Positions 36,639 to 42,578 of a stretch of DNA of 42,578 nt are shown in pieces (position 1 is the stretch's first letter; every line of letters begins with the position of its first letter). The translations under genes were made by a program, and so were the position numbers. Origin of the DNA: Candidatus Omnitrophota bacterium (lineage in GTDB: Bacteria; Omnitrophota; Gorgyraeia; Tantalellales; Tantalellaceae); assembly GCA_015233235.1 (NCBI GenBank), contig JADFYD010000003.1:1-42578 (forward strand). The letters are read 5' to 3'. The notes under the pieces are model-generated. The model did no database searches, had not been told where the DNA came from, and saw only the letters and a list, made by a program, of their open reading frames with translations.

Positions 36639-36693
36639 TGAAAAATTTTGCAATATAGGGTAAAATGTTGTTTGATTGTGGATAATATCAGAT

Positions 36694-36737
36694 CCCGGAT
36701 AAAACATCGCCCAGGAAACGGGCGATGTTTTTCCGGG
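36694..36737 (+). promoter_or_regulatory. Long hairpin in the polX-ligA leader
   Basis: CCCGGATAAAACATCGCCC - AGGAAAC - GGGCGATGTTTTTCCGGG forms an 18-bp stem with one bulge, ~25 nt upstream of polX ATG 36763. It sits in a divergent intergenic region, so it is unlikely to be a terminator. Confidence 0.4.
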
Positions 36738-36762
36738 ATGACAACATAAGGGTTGGAGTTAC

Positions 36763-38514
36763 ATGGATAACAGAACGGTCGCCGATATTTTCTTGAGTAT
36801 CGCTGACATATTAGAAGTGAAAGGCGAGAATATTTTTAGAGTGCGGGCATACCGTACCGCCGCGCTTAATTTGAAGGCAATGGCTGAAAGGGTCGAGGAT
36901 ATTGCCAAGAATAATCCCGACGAGTTGTCGAAGATAGAAGGGATTGGTAAAGATCTTAAAGACAAGATACTTGAGATACTTAAGACCGGCCGCTTGAAAT
37001 ATCATGACGATTTGATAAAAGAATTCCCTCAAGGTTTTTTTGACATGCTTAGCCTCTCTGGAATGGGGCCTAAGCGGCTGGCGAAACTTCGCGACGAATT
37101 TGGTATCGCTAATATAGATGATCTGGAGAAAGCCGCGAAAGCCGGTAAGGTATCAAAAATCGAAGGCCTGGGTGAAAAGGTAGAACAAAATCTATTGAGC
37201 TCCATAGAGCTTTATAAAAAACATAAAGATAGGGCCCTTATACAAGAGGCAGAGGTCATCGCTAATCATATAATAGCGTATTTAAAAAAATCTAAACTGT
37301 TTACAAGAATTGAAAAAGCTGGAAGTCTGCGCCGTGGACTGGAAACGATAGGTGACATAGATATATTGGCTTCGAGTAAACATCACGATAAGGCTATGGG
37401 ATATTTCGCCAGTTATCCGGGGCTTGAAAAAATCATCGCCAAAGGCCCGACTAAAACAAGCTTGCTGCTCAAGGGGGAAATGCAGGTGGATCTCAGGATA
37501 GTCGATGACAGCTCGTTCGGGGCGGCGCTACAGTATTTTACTGGTTCAAAGGCACACAACGTGAAACTCAGGACGTTGGCGAAAAACAGGGGTTTGAAGG
37601 TGAACGAGTACGGTGTTTTCGAGATAAGTTCAAGCGGAAAAGATGAGGATGAAAAAGAAGGCAAGCTTGTCGCTTCTAAAACCGAAGAAGAAGTCTATGA
37701 GTGCCTCGGACTTGAATGGATGCCTCCGGAACTCAGGGAAGACAGGGGAGAGATCGAGGCCGCAAAAGATAGCAAACTTCCGCGGAACCTGATAACATTA
37801 AAGCACATAAAAGGCGATTTGCATGTACACTCGACTGCCTCCGACGGGAGAAACTCTATCGAGGAGATGGCCGAAAGGGCCAAAGAATTGGGGCACGAAT
37901 ATCTCGCTTTTTGCGACCATTCTCAGCTGATAAAGATCGCGCACGGACTGGATGAAACAAGACTTTTGAGACACGCGGATAATATACGTAAAATAAGTTC
38001 CAGACTGAAAGGTATAACGCTTTTAGCCGGGGTTGAAGTGGATATTTTGAAGGATGGGAAGCTCGATATAGCCGACAGTGTCCTCAGGGAGCTGGATGTG
38101 GTCGTCGCCGCTATACATTCTAATTTTTCTCTCGAGATGGAGGAACAAACGGCTCGTATCCTGAAGGCGCTGGATAATAAATACGTGAACATTCTCGCGC
38201 ATCCTACGGGCAGACTCATTACTCGCAGAAGTCCGATGGAGATCGATTTCGAACGGATATTTAAACACGCCCAAGAGAATAAAGTTCACATGGAGATAAA
38301 TACGCATGGCGACCGGGTCGACTTGAATGATATACTTGCCAGGCGGGCGAAAAAATCCGATCTCAAATTTTCAATAGATTCCGATTCGCACGGTGTGGAA
38401 AGCCTGGAGACGATCCGGTACGGTGTTACCTCGGCGCGCCGGGCATGGCTCGAGAAGGATGATGTGATAAACACGTATTCGCTGGAGGATTTGAGAAAGC
38501 TTTTGAGGAGATGA
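36763..38514 (+). CDS. polX: Family X DNA polymerase with C-terminal PHP domain (PolX)
   Basis: 583 aa. It has an N-terminal HhH/8-kDa-like region (IFRVRAYRTAA...IEGIGKDLKDKI). The nucleotidyltransferase segment is GSLRRGLETIGDIDIL. The PHP segment is GDLHVHSTASDG...FCDHS. Confidence 0.9.
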   Translation: MDNRTVADIFLSIADILEVKGENIFRVRAYRTAALNLKAMAERVEDIAKNNPDELSKIEGIGKDLKDKILEILKTGRLKYHDDLIKEFPQGFFDMLSLSGMGPKRLAKLRDEFGIANIDDLEKAAKAGKVSKIEGLGEKVEQNLLSSIELYKKHKDRALIQEAEVIANHIIAYLKKSKLFTRIEKAGSLRRGLETIGDIDILASSKHHDKAMGYFASYPGLEKIIAKGPTKTSLLLKGEMQVDLRIVDDSSFGAALQYFTGSKAHNVKLRTLAKNRGLKVNEYGVFEISSSGKDEDEKEGKLVASKTEEEVYECLGLEWMPPELREDRGEIEAAKDSKLPRNLITLKHIKGDLHVHSTASDGRNSIEEMAERAKELGHEYLAFCDHSQLIKIAHGLDETRLLRHADNIRKISSRLKGITLLAGVEVDILKDGKLDIADSVLRELDVVVAAIHSNFSLEMEEQTARILKALDNKYVNILAHPTGRLITRRSPMEIDFERIFKHAQENKVHMEINTHGDRVDLNDILARRAKKSDLKFSIDSDSHGVESLETIRYGVTSARRAWLEKDDVINTYSLEDLRKLLRR

Positions 38515-38515
38515 G

Positions 38516-40510
38516 ATGGGTGACGTTAAGGCAAGAATTGATGAACTACGCGAAGAGATAAAACGGCACAATGACCTGTATTACACGAAGGGCAAGCCGA
38601 TCGTTTCCGATGCCGAGTATGACAAGCGGCTGAAAGAACTCAAAAAGCTTGAGAAAGAGCACCCCGAGTATGCTTCTTCGGATTCTCCGACGCAAAAAGT
38701 AGGCGCTCCGGTGCCTGTGCGTGATAAGTTCAAAAAAGTGAAACACACCTCACCCATGCTTAGTCTCGACAGTATTAACGAGGAGGAAGAATTCGATAAG
38801 TTTGACAAAACCTGTAAAAAAGAACTGGAAGTTGAGGCTATAGAGTACCTCCTAGAGCCCAAGCTTGACGGCCTTAGCGTAGAAATTGTTTATGAAAAAG
38901 GTGAATTTGCAAGAGCTTCAACCCGCGGAGACGGATTAATAGGCGAAGACGTAACTGAAAACGTAAAGACCATCAAAACCCTGCCTAAAAAATTGAAAGG
39001 GGATAAAGTCCCCGATATGCTGGCCCTTCGCGGCGAAGTAATGATGCATATCAGCGCATTTCAGCGTCTCAATAAAAAACAAATAGAGCTCGGGGAAGAG
39101 CCATTCGCTAATCCGCGCAACGCTGCGGCTGGTTCGCTCAGGCAATTGGATGTCGCCATAACGAGCGGAAGAGAGTTAGACGTCTATGTGTACCAGATAC
39201 TGGCCATTTCCGGAAAACTTCCGGACACGCAAAAAGGTTCAGTGGATTTGATTAAAGGTCTGGGGCTGAAAACAGCTCCGGATGTGAGATGTCTCAACTT
39301 GACGGACGACGTGATAAAGTATCATCGCGATATGGAAAAGCGCCGTGATTCCCTTGACTACGAGATTGACGGAGTGGTGATAAAAGTGGATCGTGTTGAT
39401 TTTCAAAATCGGCTCGGTATGCGCACGACCAGTCCGAAATGGGCTGTCGCGTATAAGTTTGAGGCCCGTAAAGAGATGACCAGAGTTGACGATATAGCGG
39501 TGCAGGTCGGCCGTACCGGTATTTTGACCCCGGTCGCGCTTCTTCAGCCGGTTGATGTCGGCGGTGTTACCGTGTCGAGGGCGTCGTTGCACAATATGGA
39601 CGAGGTGGACCGCCTGGGCGTGATGATAGGAGATCAAGTGAGGATAGAAAGGGCCGGAGACGTGATACCTAAAGTCATTGAGGTCATAAAAGATAAACGT
39701 ACCGGCGCGGAAAGGGAATTCAAAATGCCCGAAGTCTGTCCGAGTTGCGGAACAAAGTTGGTTAAAGAAGATGTTTTTTACAGATGTCCCGCCGGGTTCG
39801 CATGCCGGGCCCAGATCAGAGAAGCTATAACGCATTTTGTTTCGAAAGGGGCTTTTGATATAGAAGGTTTCTCTGAAAAAACCGCCGAACAGCTTTTAGA
39901 AAACGGGCTCATAGAGGATGTTGCTGGTATATATAAACTTGAGGCCAATGATCTTATGACGCTCGATGGCTGGAAACAAAAGAAAACAGAAAATATATTG
40001 AACGCCATAGAAAAAGCAAAAAATGTTACGCTTGATAGATTTATTTATGCCCTTGGCATAAGGAACGTAGGCAGTCATATTTCCGCGCTTCTCGCGGAAA
40101 AATTCACCTCACTGGAAAAATTTATGCAGTCGAAAGAAGAAGAGCTTATGGAGATCAAAGAGATAGGCCCTGAAATAGCCGAAAGCATAACATCTTTCTT
40201 TGAAGAAAAAAATAACCGCAATGTGATCCAAAAACTCATCGCGCATGGTGTGAAAATTAAAAAATATGAAAAGGCCGCGGGAAAACTCGAAGGAAAAAAA
40301 TTTGTGTTTACAGGAACCCTTAGTGCTATGTCCCGCGGAGAAGCCGAAAAACGTATCGAATCCATGGGCGGCGAAGCCCAATCCAACGTAACAAAAGATA
40401 CCGACTACGTAGTTGTAGGCGAAAACCCCGGTTCCAAAGCCACCGATGCCCAAAAAAAGGACATAAAAATCCTCAGAGAGGCAGAATTTCTTAAGCTTCT
40501 GTCTAGTTAA
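38516..40510 (+). CDS. ligA: NAD-dependent DNA ligase
   Basis: 664 aa. It has the adenylation motif EPKLDGLS, an OB fold, a Cys4 zinc finger (CPSCGTKL...CRCPAGFAC), HhH repeats and a C-terminal BRCT (KKFVFTGTL). The start lies 2 nt after the polX stop. Confidence 0.97.
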   Translation: MGDVKARIDELREEIKRHNDLYYTKGKPIVSDAEYDKRLKELKKLEKEHPEYASSDSPTQKVGAPVPVRDKFKKVKHTSPMLSLDSINEEEEFDKFDKTCKKELEVEAIEYLLEPKLDGLSVEIVYEKGEFARASTRGDGLIGEDVTENVKTIKTLPKKLKGDKVPDMLALRGEVMMHISAFQRLNKKQIELGEEPFANPRNAAAGSLRQLDVAITSGRELDVYVYQILAISGKLPDTQKGSVDLIKGLGLKTAPDVRCLNLTDDVIKYHRDMEKRRDSLDYEIDGVVIKVDRVDFQNRLGMRTTSPKWAVAYKFEARKEMTRVDDIAVQVGRTGILTPVALLQPVDVGGVTVSRASLHNMDEVDRLGVMIGDQVRIERAGDVIPKVIEVIKDKRTGAEREFKMPEVCPSCGTKLVKEDVFYRCPAGFACRAQIREAITHFVSKGAFDIEGFSEKTAEQLLENGLIEDVAGIYKLEANDLMTLDGWKQKKTENILNAIEKAKNVTLDRFIYALGIRNVGSHISALLAEKFTSLEKFMQSKEEELMEIKEIGPEIAESITSFFEEKNNRNVIQKLIAHGVKIKKYEKAAGKLEGKKFVFTGTLSAMSRGEAEKRIESMGGEAQSNVTKDTDYVVVGENPGSKATDAQKKDIKILREAEFLKLLSS

Positions 40511-40610
40511 AAATAAAAAAGCAAGAAAACATACTTTCTAAAACTGCTAATTATCATGTATACTTATAGGTATAAATAGCAAGAGGCACAACGTTCCTGG
40601 AAGGATGTTT

Positions 40611-42578
40611 ATGGGAGCCATAATTAAAAAGATTAAAAAAGAAGCTAAGAATGTTACAGAAAGTGTCCTGTTTATGCGCTTTTGTCGAAGAATAGTGCGT
40701 ATGGCAGTTGCGGTTGTGTTTTTAGCAAATCAAATCGCATATGGCATGGACATTACCACAAAAAAAGACGATATGACTAAATCGGCGATAGCTGTACAAA
40801 GTATTTTTGACGTGGGAAAACAAGTACAAGCTACCGAGGCAGTTCAAGCGCTTAACGATATTGAGAACTCCGTAGGGCATATCGCAAGCTCCCAAGCGTC
40901 TCATATTGTAGTGACGGAAACTGAAACGACACTCGCAACAGTGGCAGAACCCAGCTCAATTGAAAATGCCGCTACCGAGCAAGAAAAAAACTTTCTATCC
41001 GAGTCGATGAGCACCATTCAAAAATATTTAGGGACTATTAACGATTCTGTTTCCAGCATAGTTACGGCCGTCACGGATTTTTTGACCGATGTGAAGAAGG
41101 AGTATGAGAATAATTACGGAGACGTATCGCTTCAGTCGATTGCGTCCCAGCTGGCGCAGAATAATAGCTCGCTCTTAACGGACGCCGGCATAAGCGCGCT
41201 CAGCTCGTGGCTTGCGACCCAGGGTGAAAAAATAGTGAACTGCGCCGTGAAGGTGGTCTATTCATACCTCAAGGAAAACAATGTTTCGGCTGACGAGAAC
41301 AATATAGCCGGTCTTGCGATAATAAGCGACATTATGCAGGGTGTGATAACTTCATCCACAAAAGGGGATCTCGCGACGTCACTCTATTCGATCAAAAGCG
41401 TACTATCTTCGCGGGGTGTGGATATGAATGGCTACGAAATAACGTCTGATATGCTCGCCGGGATAAACACGCCGTTCTTGGCGGTGCAAATGTCGGGCGA
41501 AAACGGGCATATAGTACTTGTAAAGAACGTGTCGGGAGATGTCGTGACATACGAGGATGCCGGGGTTTCGGCGACCACGACTCTTGAAAATTTTAACAGT
41601 TCTTTTATTAACGTTATTTTGTCTTCGGCGGAGACGGTCAAAGAAATATCCGCGGTCGAAATTAAAGATGAGGTCCTGAAAAAAATCTCGGTTAGCGCTG
41701 ACGCCCCGGTACTATCTCCGGCACATGCCGGCCCCCTAAGCATTAACGAAGTGATGAATTCCCAAATAGCGGGGTTGGTCAGCTATGATATTTATGAGAA
41801 CGGGTCCTGGCAACATGGTCCCTTTTACTCTTTTGATCTGGAATTTCAGTATGAGATCTTTTGGAATAACGGGCATGATCAGGCCGATCCCCACAGGATA
41901 CTTTCCGGTCATGGCAGTCTTTGTCAGGAATTGATTGGTCTTGTAGACGTCGACACGCTGACTCAGCAGTCCGGAACTTTTACTATTTGTGCGAGGAGTT
42001 TAAAATATAATGAAGCCGATCAGACCTATGAGATAAGCCCTTGGTCGTCTGCCGTGGAGCTTAACTATAACGCTCCGGCTACGCCACAGATAGAAATACT
42101 CAGCGAAATTCCCCGGATAACCAACAAAAACAAACTAACGATCGAATATTCGGTGGACGGTGTGACTCATGATCCGATGGAAGTAACGCTTGCCGACGGA
42201 CCGCAATATATCGACATCTACGCTCAAAGCACCGATCCGATGAACCCGCTCTCATATGGACACGCTAAAGTTTATGTAGTCGCCGATCTAGATGTTCCTT
42301 CCGGGAGCGCTTCGTTTACCGGTGATAATGTGATTAATGGGTACACGAAAGATGATACCGCGACGGTCACCATGAACATAGCCGATATTGCGCCCGAGGG
42401 TTTTAAAGAGGGTACGCTTAGATATACCGTAAACGGGGGCGATTGGATCACCGAAGCGTATACTCCGGACGGGAATCCGATAGTGAGGCAGGTTAAACTT
42501 ACCGGGGAAGGGAAGAACACTTTATGTGTCGAGTATGAAGACCAGGCCGGGAATGTTTTTAAAATTACAGATACTGTC
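40611..42578 (+). CDS. Large secreted/surface protein, 5' part only (open to the window end); papain/C39-like peptidase-like segment plus Ig-like repeats
   Basis: My own translation from ATG 40611 (SD GGAAGGA upstream) gives 656 codons with no stop up to base 42578. The ORF is missing from the track because it has no stop. Signal/anchor: RRIVRMAVAVVFLANQIAYG. A possible Cys/His pair is GEKIVNCAVKVVYSYL and GENGHIVLVKNVSGDVVTYEDAG. The C-terminal part is beta-rich and repeat-like. Confidence 0.75.
   Translation, partial: MGAIIKKIKKEAKNVTESVLFMRFCRRIVRMAVAVVFLANQIAYGMDITTKKDDMTKSAIAVQSIFDVGKQVQATEAVQALNDIENSVGHIASSQASHIVVTETETTLATVAEPSSIENAATEQEKNFLSESMSTIQKYLGTINDSVSSIVTAVTDFLTDVKKEYENNYGDVSLQSIASQLAQNNSSLLTDAGISALSSWLATQGEKIVNCAVKVVYSYLKENNVSADENNIAGLAIISDIMQGVITSSTKGDLATSLYSIKSVLSSRGVDMNGYEITSDMLAGINTPFLAVQMSGENGHIVLVKNVSGDVVTYEDAGVSATTTLENFNSSFINVILSSAETVKEISAVEIKDEVLKKISVSADAPVLSPAHAGPLSINEVMNSQIAGLVSYDIYENGSWQHGPFYSFDLEFQYEIFWNNGHDQADPHRILSGHGSLCQELIGLVDVDTLTQQSGTFTICARSLKYNEADQTYEISPWSSAVELNYNAPATPQIEILSEIPRITNKNKLTIEYSVDGVTHDPMEVTLADGPQYIDIYAQSTDPMNPLSYGHAKVYVVADLDVPSGSASFTGDNVINGYTKDDTATVTMNIADIAPEGFKEGTLRYTVNGGDWITEAYTPDGNPIVRQVKLTGEGKNTLCVEYEDQAGNVFKITDTV

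Noticed and set aside
36648-36690. A sigma70 promoter for polX (TTGCAA at 36648, possible -10 TTTGAT or TGTGGATAAT).
   Set aside because: No combination gives both a good -10 hexamer and 16-18 nt spacing. It is left uncalled pending 5'-end data.

Overview
Dense 42.6 kb chromosomal window, mostly plus-strand and moderately AT-rich. It probably comes from an uncultivated diderm bacterium: LptF/LptG are present alongside SpoVG, YvcK and PolX-type genes. The taxonomic guess is low-confidence inference. I found no rRNA, tRNA or CRISPR.

Gene content, in order:
- A regulatory PTS block, ptsN-yvcK-ptsH-ptsI.
- An NDP-sugar pyrophosphorylase, then the SAM cycle pair metK-ahcY.
- lptF/lptG, with comF on the minus strand.
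- DoxX, a polysaccharide deacetylase, pgi and an AEC transporter.
- A tightly coupled chain: Lon-like protease, J-domain protein, NYN/YacP, Dus, (gap), Maf, ELP3-like radical SAM, DUF.
- A signalling island: STAS, HD-GYP, ECF sigma, ZAS anti-sigma, PDZ/TPR, HAMP, FecR-like, HAMP-PAS-HD-GYP, and a decayed histidine-kinase remnant.
- A TPR/PMT-like membrane protein.
- A very unusual 1061-aa acetate-kinase chimera.
- A REP/RAYT unit (REPtron).
- comM-yraN-spoVG on the minus strand, then polX-ligA.
- An open-ended large secreted protein that is absent from the ORF track.

Best candidates for something undescribed:
1. The signal-peptide-bearing, insertion-containing acetate kinase at 30200-33385, which has three unassignable modules.
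2. A set of non-coding elements: heptanucleotide tandem arrays in gene leaders, a 142-nt palindromic element with perfect 20-bp terminal inverted repeats, and a conserved bipartite motif shared by two divergent intergenic regions.
3. The HD-GYP / ECF-sigma signalling island.

All calls come from reading the sequence and translations and recalling family motifs. No database search was run.
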